From Solirubrobacteraceae bacterium (GTDB lineage Bacteria > Actinomycetota > Thermoleophilia > Solirubrobacterales > Solirubrobacteraceae): 64,000 nt of DNA. The notes beneath the pieces are model-generated. The model saw nothing but the letters and a program-made list of their open reading frames with translations. It did no database searches and had not been told where the DNA came from. Of this stretch, positions 17,683 to 28,400 are shown piece after piece. Each line of letters starts with the position of its first letter. The stretch's first letter is position 1. A program made the position numbers and the translations under genes. The stretch lies in the NCBI GenBank assembly GCA_036008645.1, contig DASYNI010000011.1, forward strand, positions 59,107 to 123,106. Reading direction: 5' to 3'.

Positions 17683-19313
17683 CCTCGATCCTGGCCAGCG
17701 TGCAGGGCGCCTCGGGCGCCGGCTATGAGATCGCGCTGATCGCGTTGGCGCTGCTGGCCGCGGCGGCGGTGCTGCTCGCGCCCACGCAGGCGCCTGCTCG
17801 GCTGAGGGCCGCTCTGCTGCTCGGGACGGTGCTGCTCACTCCGGTGCTGCTTGCGGCCGACATCTGGGGCAGCTCGCCGATGCGTCATCTGCGCGGGCAT
17901 CCTGCGCTAGCCGTTGGGGCGGTGCTGGCCGCGATTGCGCTGATCGCAGTGCTGAGCGGGATCTTCTTGAGGCGGGCGTGGGCGTTCCCGCTGGCGGTCG
18001 TATTCACGCTCCCGTTCCGCGTCCCGATCACCTCGGGCGGTGACACCTCGAACCTGCTGGTGCCACTCTACGCAGTGGTTGTGGCAGGCGTGATCGCCCA
18101 CGCCATACGGCTGCTTGCGGTGGGCACAGAGGCGACCGACCCCATCGCCGATGGCCGCGACGGTCGTGGCTGGCGCTCAGCCCTCATCTCCGTACGCACC
18201 CTGGAGTGGCTGCTGATGGCCTCGGTGGTGCTCTATGCGATCCAGGCCACCTATTCGGAGGACTTCTCCAAGGCGTTGCAGAATGTGCTCTTCTTCTACG
18301 TCCCGTTTGCGTTGATGCTCGCGCTGCTGGCGCAGGTCCGTTGGAGCCGGGAGCTGCTGCTGCGCTGTGTGGCGTTGTCGGTCACGCTGGCGGTGGTCTT
18401 CGTGGCTATCGGCTTCGTGGAGGACGCGCGCAAATCGCTGCTTCTGAACTCCTCTCTGGTCGCCGCGAACGTCTATGGCAACTATTTCAGGGTCAACTCC
18501 GTCTTCTACGACCCCAACATCTACGGCCGCTATCTGGCGCTGGTGATGCTGCTGCTGGCCTGCATCGTGCTCTGCGCCCGCGAGCGCCGGCACGTGCTGA
18601 TCTGCGCCGCCGCGCTGGTCTGGCTGTGGGCGGGCCTGATCACGAGCATCTCGCAGACGAGCATGGTCGCGCTGCTGGTTGGTCTAGCGGTGCTGGCCGG
18701 ATGGCGCTTTGGCGCCCGCAAGGCGGCCTACGCCGCCGCGGCCCTGGTCGCGGTGGCGGTGCTCGTGCTGCTGGCGGCCCCCTCCTCGCTGCACTTCGGG
18801 CTCAAAGGCAAGGGCGGCTCGGTCAACAACGCCACCAGCGGCCGCGCGAATCTGATCCGGGGCGGGATCGACCTGTTCGCCGACCGTCCACTGACGGGCT
18901 TCGGCTCTGGCTCCTTCGCCAGCCAGTACAGATCCCATCAGGCCGCAAGCGTCGCCAGCTCAACCTCAGCCTCCCACACGATCCCGGTTACCGTCGCCGC
19001 CGAGCAGGGCATTCTGGGGTTGGTCCTCTACCTGGCGCTCGTGCTGTGCTCTGTCGCGTTGCTGTTCACCTGGGCGGGCCGTTCGCCGCCGGGGATCGCA
19101 ATCGCCGCCTGCTTTACCGCGCTGCTCGTGCACACGATGGCCTACGCTGACTTTCTGGAAGACCCGATCACCTGGGCGCTGCTGGGGATCGGGATGGCGC
19201 TGGCTGCCGCCGAGGCCCACGCGCGCAGCACGCAGCACGCGCTTTCGATGAGCGTCGGGAGAGAGCCTGCGTCGGCGGCGCGGTCGCCCCATCAGGCGAC
19301 CGCCGCCGGGTAG
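17679..19313 (+). CDS. O-antigen ligase/polymerase family membrane protein (Wzy_C-like)
   Basis: About 12 TM helices and a loop with RANLIRGGIDLFADRPLTGFGSGSF typical of O-antigen ligase-like proteins. ATGA overlap upstream. Confidence 0.75.
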   Translation: MTSILASVQGASGAGYEIALIALALLAAAAVLLAPTQAPARLRAALLLGTVLLTPVLLAADIWGSSPMRHLRGHPALAVGAVLAAIALIAVLSGIFLRRAWAFPLAVVFTLPFRVPITSGGDTSNLLVPLYAVVVAGVIAHAIRLLAVGTEATDPIADGRDGRGWRSALISVRTLEWLLMASVVLYAIQATYSEDFSKALQNVLFFYVPFALMLALLAQVRWSRELLLRCVALSVTLAVVFVAIGFVEDARKSLLLNSSLVAANVYGNYFRVNSVFYDPNIYGRYLALVMLLLACIVLCARERRHVLICAAALVWLWAGLITSISQTSMVALLVGLAVLAGWRFGARKAAYAAAALVAVAVLVLLAAPSSLHFGLKGKGGSVNNATSGRANLIRGGIDLFADRPLTGFGSGSFASQYRSHQAASVASSTSASHTIPVTVAAEQGILGLVLYLALVLCSVALLFTWAGRSPPGIAIAACFTALLVHTMAYADFLEDPITWALLGIGMALAAAEAHARSTQHALSMSVGREPASAARSPHQATAAG

Positions 19314-19329
19314 CCGCCGCGGGGTCCCC

Positions 19330-20850
19330 GTGCTCGACCATCTCAAGCGGCTGATAAAGACTGGCGCCGCCTACCAGGCGGCGGACATCCTCGCCAAGGG
19401 GATCGCGGTCTTCACGCTGCCGCTCTACACGGCGCACGTCTCAAGTAGTGAATACGGCGCCTACAGTTCGCTGCTGACCGCGGTCATCCTCGCCTCGATC
19501 ATCGTGCGCTTCGGCGTGGGAGAGGCGTTCGTGCGCTTCTACTATCACGACGAGGATCCGGAGCGGCGCAGGCGGATCGCCAAGACCACGATCGCCACCG
19601 TCGCCTGGACCACGACGCTCAGCTCCGCGCTGCTGATCGCATTCGCCGGGCCGGTCTCGCAAGCGGTGCTCGGTCACCACGAGCCGCTGCTGCTGGACTG
19701 CGCGGTGGTTGGCCTGTGGGCATTCACCAACCTCGAAATCGCTTACGCGCAGCTGCGGGTCGACGAACGCGCCCGCGCCTACCTGATCGCCTCGATCACA
19801 AATGTCGCGCTGACGGTGCTGATCACCGTCAGTCTGGTGGTGATCGGCGGCTTTGGCGCGAAGGGCCTGCTGCTTGGCAACTTCGGCGCCTCGGGCCTAG
19901 TGGTACTTGGGCTGTGGGTCGCGTTGCGCTCCCGCTTCTCGCTGCGCGTGAGGTGGTCGGACTTCAAGGCGATGCTGTCCTTCGGCGCGCCCACCGTGCC
20001 GGCGGACGCGATCGTCTACTGCCTGCAGGTGGCCGATCGCTTCTACCTGCTGCGCTTCTACAGCGCCTCGGCTGCCGGCCAGTACGCGATCGCGTTGCAG
20101 CTTGCGACGGTCGTGTTCGTGGCGGTGCGCGGGTTCCAGTACGCCTGGCCGCCGGTCGCCTACTCGATCAAGAGCGACGCTGCTGTCGCGCGGCTCTACT
20201 CGCTGGTGGCGACCTGGTTCGTGCTGGCCACCGGCGTTGTGGTCGCGGGCGTGACGCTCCTTGGACGCTGGCTGGTGCGGCTGCTGTCCGCCGCCGAATA
20301 CTTTGGCGCGCACTCGGCGCTCCCATGGCTGGCGCTCGGCTGGACGCTCTACGGCCTCTACCAGATGGCGATCGTGATCACGGGCAGGGCGGGGGTCACC
20401 CGCCGGAACATCCCGGCCGCGAGCGTCGGTTTGGCGGTCAACGTCCTGCTGCTGCTGTGGCTTGTTCCAGGTCCCGCCCACCCAGGGCCGCTGCCCGGCG
20501 GCGGAGCCGGCCTCGGCATCGCCGGCGCCGGGATGGCGCTCTGCGGCGCCTACGTGGCGATGCTGCTCGTGATCCACACGATCACGCGCAGAGTCTTCCG
20601 GATCTCCTTTGAATGGGCGCGCCTTGCGCGCCTGACGGCGATCCTCGGCGGGGTGGCGGTCTCAGGGAACCTGCTTCTGCCCACCTCAGGCGCCACGGGC
20701 TTCATCGCCCGCGCCCTGTGGCTCTGCCTGATCCCGGCCCTACTGCTGTTGACTCGCTTCCTTGCCCCACGCGAGATGGTTCAGCTGCGACTGCTGCTGC
20801 GCTCCGCGCGGCGGTGGCGCCAGCTTGCGGGGCAGCTGCGGGCGCGTTGA
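19330..20850 (+). CDS. polysaccharide flippase (MOP/Wzx family)
   Basis: 506 aa with ~12-14 TM helices. The N-terminus LIKTGAAYQAADILAKGIAVFTLPLYT is typical of Polysacc_synt proteins. Confidence 0.75.
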   Translation: MLDHLKRLIKTGAAYQAADILAKGIAVFTLPLYTAHVSSSEYGAYSSLLTAVILASIIVRFGVGEAFVRFYYHDEDPERRRRIAKTTIATVAWTTTLSSALLIAFAGPVSQAVLGHHEPLLLDCAVVGLWAFTNLEIAYAQLRVDERARAYLIASITNVALTVLITVSLVVIGGFGAKGLLLGNFGASGLVVLGLWVALRSRFSLRVRWSDFKAMLSFGAPTVPADAIVYCLQVADRFYLLRFYSASAAGQYAIALQLATVVFVAVRGFQYAWPPVAYSIKSDAAVARLYSLVATWFVLATGVVVAGVTLLGRWLVRLLSAAEYFGAHSALPWLALGWTLYGLYQMAIVITGRAGVTRRNIPAASVGLAVNVLLLLWLVPGPAHPGPLPGGGAGLGIAGAGMALCGAYVAMLLVIHTITRRVFRISFEWARLARLTAILGGVAVSGNLLLPTSGATGFIARALWLCLIPALLLLTRFLAPREMVQLRLLLRSARRWRQLAGQLRAR

Positions 20851-20869
20851 ACCGGCTCAGCCGGCCCCT

Positions 20870-21430
20870 TCAGTCGGCGACGTTTGCGAGTAGCGCGGCG
20901 ATGTCGAGGTCTGGCACGCCGTCTAGCGGGCAGGGCGCCGTTTCGCCGAGCTTGTAGGTCTTGACGCTCTCGTATCCTTGCTCGCCAGGCTTGGTGCGTA
21001 TCTCCACGGCCCGGGCCGGCACGTCGATCAGCCAGTAGGTGGGTATGCCCGCATGCGCGTATAGGCGTGCCTTGACATTGCGGTCGATTGGCTGTGAGCT
21101 GACTGCCACCTCGATTACCAGCACAGCGCTGCGGGGGTGGTGCCCTGCTTGTGCCGGCTCTCGCACGAGTGCCAAATCGGGCTCGGGCTCTGAGTCGCCG
21201 CTCACTTCGAGCGGCAGTTGCACCCGGAGCCTCTCCGTGGCGGCCGCAAAGTGCCTGGTGAGCACCTCGACCACGGTTGCATGTGCCGGTGACTGCGGGC
21301 TCATGTCGACGATCGTCCCGTCGAGCAGCTCGACGTGCTGACTTTCCAGCGCGCCGGAGGCCACGATCCGGTTGTAGGTCTCGACGTCGAGCCGGTGCAA
21401 GGGCAGCGTCGTTGCGGGTGCGGCAGCCAC
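20870..21430 (-). CDS. Uma2-family (DUF820) endonuclease
   Basis: Pattern YNRIVASGAL...VELLDGTIVDMSPQSPAHA...PDLALV...VIEVAVSS...D...K...YA.AGIPTYWLID is diagnostic of the Uma2 PD-(D/E)XK fold. Confidence 0.75.
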   Translation of the reverse strand: MAAAPATTLPLHRLDVETYNRIVASGALESQHVELLDGTIVDMSPQSPAHATVVEVLTRHFAAATERLRVQLPLEVSGDSEPEPDLALVREPAQAGHHPRSAVLVIEVAVSSQPIDRNVKARLYAHAGIPTYWLIDVPARAVEIRTKPGEQGYESVKTYKLGETAPCPLDGVPDLDIAALLANVAD

Positions 21431-21490
21431 GAGATCATGCTACCGCTATGCCATCACCGCTTTGGCATGGATCGATCGGGGTGTGATCCT

Positions 21491-21517
21491 CAAGCGCGGA
21501 GGTCTACCCCGCGCTTG
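21491..21517. terminator. 9-bp GC-rich hairpin in the Uma2-Uma2 intergenic region
   Basis: CAAGCGCGG-aggtctacc-CCGCGCTTG, followed on the + strand by GGATGTTTTG. It lies 58 nt past the stop of the 21575..22120 gene. Confidence 0.35.
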
Positions 21518-21574
21518 GGATGTTTTGAGTGAGTCGAGAGAGCGGCCGCGGCGCCTACAACCTGCGCCCTGCGG

Positions 21575-22120
21575 CTACCGCCCAGCCGCGGCAGCCGGCG
21601 GCCAGTCGATCCGCTGCGCCAGATCGGCGGCGGAGAGGTCGATCAGTGCGCTGCGCTCGATCGGACGGTAACTCCCATCGTCTGCGCGCGAAAGCCAGTC
21701 GACGGTTCGCTGGCGCGGGTCGATGATCAGCAGCTCCTTGACCTGGTGGGCGGAGTAGAAGGGCAGCTTCTCCCAGGTCTCGTCGCCAGGCGAGACGATC
21801 TCCACCACGAGCGTGGCGCTTGCAAACCAGGTGCCGCTTGGTCGCTTTGCGTGAATCCCGCCGTCAGGCACGCGAAAGTCGGTTTCCGAGTCTCCGAGGT
21901 TGAACTCGCCGATTGTCGGCCAGAGGCCCGCGTCACGAGCAGGGCCATCGAGGATCACGGCGAGCTGCTGAGCGATGTCGGCGTGCTCACCGGAAGGCGC
22001 AGGCACCACGTGCAGCACCCCCTCCCACACCTCGTCGAGTCGGTGCAGGCCGGAGCGCCGTCGGGCCTCCAGCGCGGCCGCGATCTCGGCCGGAGGCGGG
22101 TCGGGCCAGAGCGTTCTCAT
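21575..22120 (-). CDS. Uma2-family (DUF820) endonuclease
   Basis: Pattern EVWEGVLHVVPAPSGEHA...VPDGG...VVEIVSPGDETWEKLPFYSAHQVKELLIIDP. ATG at 22120 was chosen to avoid overlap with the GT2 gene. Confidence 0.7.
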   Translation of the reverse strand: MRTLWPDPPPAEIAAALEARRRSGLHRLDEVWEGVLHVVPAPSGEHADIAQQLAVILDGPARDAGLWPTIGEFNLGDSETDFRVPDGGIHAKRPSGTWFASATLVVEIVSPGDETWEKLPFYSAHQVKELLIIDPRQRTVDWLSRADDGSYRPIERSALIDLSAADLAQRIDWPPAAAAGR

Positions 22121-22214
22121 CGCTTTGAGAGTAGCGGCGCGCCTTCGATATCTTTTGACCGGTGTTCTGCATTCCTGCTCGACGATAGGCGTCGGTTGGG
22201 ATGGCTGGCCCGCA

Positions 22215-23165
22215 TCACCCCGAGTCGCGCGCGTCAAGCCCTCGGTTGTACGCCTCCGCCGCCTCCCACAATCCCTCGCCGCGCTGCGGCCACAGGGTCG
22301 CGGTCACGTGACGCAGGTAGCGGCGTGGCGAGTGGCCCGGCAGCACGAGCGCAGCCAGCGCGCGCAGCGCGTAGGGCATCGCGGTCAGCCACCTGAATGC
22401 GAGCGCTGTCGCGGCGCCGTGGTGCTTTCGCATATACAAATCCCGGTTGCGCGAGAACTCGACGATCCTGCGTTGCGGCACCGCGCCCGTCGAAAGCTGC
22501 TCGTGGTGAACGGCGACCGCCGCGGGCACGTAGAGGCTGTGCCAGCCCGCGTTATGCAGCCGCTTGGCGAAGTCGACCTCGTCGGAGTAGACGAAGAAGT
22601 CGGGGTCCAGGTAGCCGACCTGGGCGGCCGCGTCTCGCCTGACCAGCAGTGCGGAGGACTGGCACCAGTCGACCCTGCGGGTGCGCTGCCCGCGGCTCTG
22701 TACTGTGACCAGGCGGTGCAGGAACAGCGCGCCCGCGAGCGCCGTCCAGAGCGTCGGAAAGCGCCAGGCGCAGGGCTGTGGCACGCCGTCCGGCCGTTGC
22801 AGCGCGGCGCCCGCGCATGCAGCCTGTGGATCGCGCTGCAGCGCTTCGTGGAGCACAAGCGTCGCGCCCGGCATCAGCTCGGCGTCCTCGTTTAGCAGCA
22901 GCGCATAGGTGCCCTGCGCCTCCTGCAGCAGAAGCGAGTCGTTGAGCGCCTTGCCCTGCCGTCTGGGCAGCGCGATCACGCGGTCAACGGCGGGGTGGGC
23001 TTGCGCGGCCTCCACGGAGCCGTCCTGCGAGCAGTTATCGAGCACGATCGCCTCAGTGGGAAACGCAAGCGCGCGCTTCTGCTCGGCGATCGCGTCCAGC
23101 CCGTGCACAAGCAGATCCCGCTGGGCGGTGTTGACCACGCAGAAGCTGAGCTCGACGCCTGTCAT
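22215..23165 (-). CDS. family 2 glycosyltransferase
   Basis: LSFCVVNTAQRDLL...IVLDNCSQDGS and LLLNEDAEL (DXD-like) are typical GT-A/GT2 features. Confidence 0.8.
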   Translation of the reverse strand: MTGVELSFCVVNTAQRDLLVHGLDAIAEQKRALAFPTEAIVLDNCSQDGSVEAAQAHPAVDRVIALPRRQGKALNDSLLLQEAQGTYALLLNEDAELMPGATLVLHEALQRDPQAACAGAALQRPDGVPQPCAWRFPTLWTALAGALFLHRLVTVQSRGQRTRRVDWCQSSALLVRRDAAAQVGYLDPDFFVYSDEVDFAKRLHNAGWHSLYVPAAVAVHHEQLSTGAVPQRRIVEFSRNRDLYMRKHHGAATALAFRWLTAMPYALRALAALVLPGHSPRRYLRHVTATLWPQRGEGLWEAAEAYNRGLDARDSG

Positions 23166-23298
23166 CGCGGGCACGCTACCGCCGATCGGTGGATGACGGT
23201 CTTGCACCATCCGCTGGACAGCCGGCAGCCCACTGGATACTCGACTGCTTCACCGTTTTGCGCTCACGCGCGCTCCCGTTAGGTGTCGTGGCTAGAAG

Positions 23299-23712
23299 AT
23301 GCGCCGAGAGCGCCGTTTGAGCCTCCGCAGCGTCCATTATCGTCATCTCGTGTTCGCGCTTCGCGTATTTTCCGGCCTGACGGGGCTGGCGCTGCTCGCC
23401 TCACGAATCGTTTGCCTGGTCGTGCTCGCGTGGTTCGTGGTCTTCGCCGTCGACCAGTCGAAAGTCGCCGCCAACCACCAACTTGGCGAGCTTGCCGGCA
23501 CCGCCCAGCAGGTGCAGAGCAAGCCGCCCGCAAAGCAGAGCGGCGCCACCAAGACGCTCGACCAGGTGGCCAAAGCCGTGACCTCCCCTTTTGCGAGCCT
23601 GACCTCGGGCCGCAGCCCCTGGGTGATGCACGGCCTGGACCTACTCTTGGTGCTGCTGATCTACGGATTCGGCGTCGGCTTCCTGGTCCGGATCGTACGC
23701 CTGCGCGTGTAG
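23299..23712 (+). CDS. small hypothetical membrane protein
   Basis: Two to three hydrophobic helices (LTGLALLASRIVCLVVLAWFVVFAV; LDLLLVLLIYGFGVGFLV). The competing frame 23283..23741 is Arg-rich and looks spurious. Confidence 0.45.
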   Translation: MRRERRLSLRSVHYRHLVFALRVFSGLTGLALLASRIVCLVVLAWFVVFAVDQSKVAANHQLGELAGTAQQVQSKPPAKQSGATKTLDQVAKAVTSPFASLTSGRSPWVMHGLDLLLVLLIYGFGVGFLVRIVRLRV

Positions 23713-23751
23713 CACGTCTGCTTCTACGCCGGCGGGTGTAGCCTGCGAGAC

Positions 23752-24666
23752 ATGGACTATTTCAAGTTCAGGGACCGGCACCGGATCGCCTATAGGGAGT
23801 ACGGCGGCGGCCCTGCCGCGGTAACCGAGTCCGGCACGCGCGGGCGCACCGCGCGCTCCTCCAAGGCGCTGCAGCGGCCCTTGATCCTCGTCCACGGCCT
23901 GCTGCTCTCCCAGACCATGAACCAGCGGCTGGCTGAAGACCTTGCCGCGCGCGGCAACCGGGTGATCACCGTAGATCTGCTCGGGCACGGGGAATCCGAT
24001 CGCCCGCGCGACATGTGGCTCTACTCGATGCAGGCGTTCGGAGCGCAACTGATCGCGCTGATGGACCACCTCGCCATCGAGGAAGCGGTCCTGATGGGCG
24101 CCTCGCTTGGCGCAAACGCCGCCCTGGAGGTCGCAGCCGCCGCGCCGCAGCGCCTGCGCGGAATGGTGCTCGAGATGCCGGTGCTGGATAACGCGCTGCT
24201 CTCCAGCGCGCTCGCGTTCACGCCGATCCTGGTGGCGCTCACCTTCGGCGAGCCGGTGATGAAGCTGGTGCAGCGCGGTGCCGGCGTGGTGCCACGCCGG
24301 CTGCTGCCGCACTACGGCAACGTCCTGCTCGACCTGGTGCGCCAGGACCCGGGCCCGGGCGCCGCGGTTCTGCAGGGCCTGTTCTTCGGCCGGATCGCCC
24401 CGCATCGCAGTGAACGGCGCGCCTTCCAGACGCGCACTCTGGTGATCGGCCACAGGCGCGACCCGGTCCATCCCTTCTCCGACGCCGGGATGCTCGCCGA
24501 AGAGCTCCCCAACTCACGCCTGATCGAAGCCAACTCGCTGGTGGAGCTGCGGCTCAAACCGGCGCGCCTGACCAACGAGATCGCCGGTTTCCTCGACGAG
24601 ATCTGGTCGGTTCGCAGCCCCCGCCGCCGCGCGAGCACGCCTCGCCGCAGCCCAAGAGCTTCTTAG
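23752..24666 (+). CDS. alpha/beta-fold hydrolase
   Basis: LILVHGLLLS...VDLLGHGESD, a nucleophile elbow GASLG, and a C-terminal His region. Confidence 0.8.
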   Translation: MDYFKFRDRHRIAYREYGGGPAAVTESGTRGRTARSSKALQRPLILVHGLLLSQTMNQRLAEDLAARGNRVITVDLLGHGESDRPRDMWLYSMQAFGAQLIALMDHLAIEEAVLMGASLGANAALEVAAAAPQRLRGMVLEMPVLDNALLSSALAFTPILVALTFGEPVMKLVQRGAGVVPRRLLPHYGNVLLDLVRQDPGPGAAVLQGLFFGRIAPHRSERRAFQTRTLVIGHRRDPVHPFSDAGMLAEELPNSRLIEANSLVELRLKPARLTNEIAGFLDEIWSVRSPRRRASTPRRSPRAS

Positions 24667-24675
24667 GATCGACTC

Positions 24676-25641
24676 CTAACCCTGTGAGCCGCTGCCGCTC
24701 GGTTCGTAGAGCTGGATCTCATTGATAGCGGCTTCGGTGCCGGTGAACTGACCGGTGGCCGAGATCGGCGCCTTGATGATCCACACCAGCAGTTGCCGGA
24801 AGCTCTTGCTCGCTTCCATCAATTTGATCGTCGCCTTGCGCTTCTGGACGAGATGGGCGTGGCTGAGCGGCACCCATTCTTCGGAGTGCAGCGACTGTGG
24901 GACCTTGCTGGACTTGGTGCCGTAGATTTGGACGGTGATGCCGGTCGTTTCGGTGATCAGCGTCATCTGCGCGATCTTCAGCGGCGCGTTGAGGTTCAAG
25001 GTCAGCCCGGCGCCAACGGACGGGGCTTCGCTCACTTCCAGCTGCACCGTCCATGCGGTGGTGGTATCGCCGTCGATCGCCAGGCTGGGGTCGCCGAAAC
25101 GGCTTGCCGGGAAATTGCTTGGGTTGTAGATCTGGGAAGCGTTGGTGTCGAGCAGCACCGGCTGGCTGGTCGAGGAGGTGCTGCTGGAGGTGCTCGTGGT
25201 TGTCGTGCTGCTCGATTTCGTGCTGGTCGACGTCGTTGTCGATTTCGTGCTGCCGGGTGTCGAGGTACTTCCGGGAATCTTCGGTGGCGTAGTCGGCGTG
25301 TTCAGCGATGGCGATTTCGCGCTGGGTGTCTGCGTGGGTGTCGTGACGGGTGGAGGCGTGGTCGTGGTCGCAGTCGTGGTCGTCGTGGTGGTCGTCGGCG
25401 TCTGCGCGACCGGCACGGGCGGCTTGGTCGGCGTGCCCTGCTGTAGCGCGGCATAGGCGGCCGCTGCGGCGCCGAGCACCAGCACGCCGGTGGCGCCGAG
25501 CACGGCTGCGGCCGAGCGCCAGCCCGGCCCGGTACGGGAGCTGCCGGGTACGCCGGCGCCGCACTGCAGGCACCAGTCCTGGCCTTCCTGCATCGATGCG
25601 CCGCAATGGGAGCAGGTTCGCCCGCCACTCATCGCAGCCAT
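24676..25641 (-). CDS. zinc-ribbon / TM / Thr-Ser-rich linker / discoidin-like domain surface protein
   Basis: N-terminal CSHCG...CLQCG zinc ribbon, one TM, ~110 aa of T/S/P low complexity, then a C-terminal domain (LAIDGDTTTAWTVQL...INEIQLY) paralogous to the C-terminus of kinase 8529..10097. Confidence 0.7.
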   Translation of the reverse strand: MAAMSGGRTCSHCGASMQEGQDWCLQCGAGVPGSSRTGPGWRSAAAVLGATGVLVLGAAAAAYAALQQGTPTKPPVPVAQTPTTTTTTTTATTTTPPPVTTPTQTPSAKSPSLNTPTTPPKIPGSTSTPGSTKSTTTSTSTKSSSTTTTSTSSSTSSTSQPVLLDTNASQIYNPSNFPASRFGDPSLAIDGDTTTAWTVQLEVSEAPSVGAGLTLNLNAPLKIAQMTLITETTGITVQIYGTKSSKVPQSLHSEEWVPLSHAHLVQKRKATIKLMEASKSFRQLLVWIIKAPISATGQFTGTEAAINEIQLYEPSGSGSQG

Positions 25642-25651
25642 TCTGGCAGCC

Positions 25652-26646
25652 TCACGCGGTCGGGGGCGCAGGCCCGTTGCCCACGAGCTCCCTGCCCGTC
25701 GGCTGCATCTGCGGGTCGAGCTCCAGCTGCCAGTAGTAGCGGGTGAAGGTCATCCCGGAGATAAAGTCGCCGAGGTGCGGCTGGATCCGCTCGCCGGCCG
25801 CCATCCTGACGATCAGCTCCGGGTAGCTCATGCCGGGACGCGCCGCGTACGCCGGCCCAGGGAATGCGCCGCCGAAGCGGGTGTTCACGTCGGTGATGCC
25901 AAGGCCGATCTCGGGGTCGCGGAAGACCTGGATCGTGGCCGGGCCGCACACTGCCAGCGCCTCCATCACGCGGGCGCCCAGCTCGATCAGCTCCTCGTCG
26001 TGGACGACCGTCCCCTTGATCGACTCACCGCCGCGCGACTCCAGCATCGTGCGCGGGATCGCGTTGAGGCAGCGGCCGTCGAGGTCGCCCAGGCAGTCGA
26101 CAGACATCTCATCGCCGCCCATCGCCCACTGCACCATCGTCGGCTCCTGCACGTAGTCGATGAAGAAGCGGGCCTGGTCGGGCGTGTGCGCAAGGTGGAT
26201 CGAGCGTGCGCCCGAGCCGCGCCTGGGCTTAACCATCACGGGGTAACGCAGCCTGTCAAGGTCGGTCTGCGGCAGCGCCGTGGGCGGCGATGGCAGGCGG
26301 AGCCGCCCCAGAACCAGGTGCGTCTCGTACTTGTCATAGGTCGCCCGTGCGACCTCCGAGGATGGGGTCAAAGATGGCAGTAGCCCCTGCTCGCGCGCCA
26401 GGGCCAGCGCCTCGATGTCGAGGTCGGTGAGCGGCAGCACCGCCCCTACGGCATGCTGCTCGCAGAGCTCCTGCAGAAACGGCACGTAGCCTGGATCGCT
26501 GATCGGCGGCGGGGCGCTGCGGATCTGCGCCGCGTACTGGGCGGGCGCCAGCGGATTCGGGTCCACCGCGATCGTCTGCGTCAGCGCCGCAAAGCACGAG
26601 ACGATGTCGTAGCGCTTGCCGACCCCGGTCAGCATGATCGCCGGCT

Positions 26647-26656
<10 letters not shown>
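25652..26656 (-). CDS. ATP-grasp enzyme
   Basis: Pre-ATP-grasp Rossmann N-terminus (IMLTGVGKRYDIV) and ATP-grasp core (YPVMVKPRRGSGARSI...VQE...GDEMSVD). Confidence 0.7.
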
Positions 26657-27227
<571 letters not shown>

Positions 27228-27255
<28 letters not shown>

Positions 27256-28400
27256 GATGCTGCGGCCCCGTGTCGCAACCAGTCGAAGAGCCCAGTCGCA
27301 AGCGAGGCGGTGGTCAGCACGTAGTAGCGCGCGATCAGCAGCGCCCTCCAGCGCAGCGCGCCGCCGAGCAGCGCTGCCGCAAGCAGCGCGAGCTGGACGG
27401 CGAGCGTCACCGCGTAGAGGATCGTCTGAGCGCCGCCCTGGCCGGCGTAGATCGCCACCAGCGCGATGTTGCTCGCCAGAGCGAGCAGATGCAGAAAGGG
27501 GGTGAAGTAGCGCAGCAGCCTGTGGGAGAGGATCATGATCGCGTAGCCGGGGCCATAGCCGCGAGGGGAGAGCAGTCCGCCGCGGAAGACGATCGCCCAG
27601 GTGTGGGCCATCATCCGCCGCTTGCGCTGCCGCTCACCCTCGATCGAGGGCACCATCTTCTCGTTTGCCAGAGCGCTCGGCACGTACACGGCGCGCCTGC
27701 CCCGCTTGACCATGTTGAACGGGAAGGAAAGGTCGTGGCCCATCACAGGGTCAACGACGATGTAGTCCTCGCGCCGGGTCCCATAGATCGCGCCGTTGCC
27801 GGCTGTGATCGAGGCCAGGCGGGACTCGAAGCCACGCAGCACCATCTCATATCGCCAGTAAGCGCCCTCCTGGTTGGTCGCCTGCACGCCAGCGGTGGCC
27901 TGAGTGAAGCGCACTTGCCCGCAGGCATACCCGACGTCGGGGTCCGCGAAGGCCCCCACGAGCTCCGCCAGCGCGTCGGGCTGCCAGAGCGAGTTTGCGT
28001 CCGAGAAGGCGACGATCTGCGCTTGCGCGCGTTCCACTGCTACGTCCTGCGCCCTGATCTTGCCGCCTCTCGGCAGCTCCAGCACGACGTCTGCGCCGGC
28101 GGCCCTGGCTCGCGCGGCGGTCTGGTCGCCGCAGCCGTCGCATGCGACCACGATCTCCAGCAGCTGCCGCGGATAGCGCAGGCTCAGCGCGTTGTCCACC
28201 TTGGCCTGGATCACAGACTCCTCGTCATGGGCGGCGACGATCAGGCAGACGCTTGGCAGCTGCGGGCCGCCGTCGGCGGTCACGATCTGCCGCGTGCCAC
28301 GCACAGAAGCGGCGAGCCACAGCGCAAGGCCATAGCCGAGCTGCGTCCAGACGATCAGCCCGGCGCAGAGCCAGAAGACGATTTCTAGGGCGAGGTCCAT
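27228..28400 (-). CDS. family 2 glycosyltransferase with TM helices
   Basis: ATG at 28400 (MDLALEIVFWLC..) inside ORF 27228..28928; the upstream part of that ORF is an Arg-rich shadow. GT2 core: LIVAAHDEESVI...VACDGCGDQT...FSDANS. C-terminal TM helices. Confidence 0.8.

Noticed and set aside
25140-25420. A highly repetitive stretch (gtcgtggtcgt... units) that could be mistaken for a CRISPR or tandem-repeat array.
   Set aside because: It is the Thr/Ser/Pro-rich linker of the zinc-ribbon surface protein. The repeats are short, imperfect, in frame, and lack spacer architecture.
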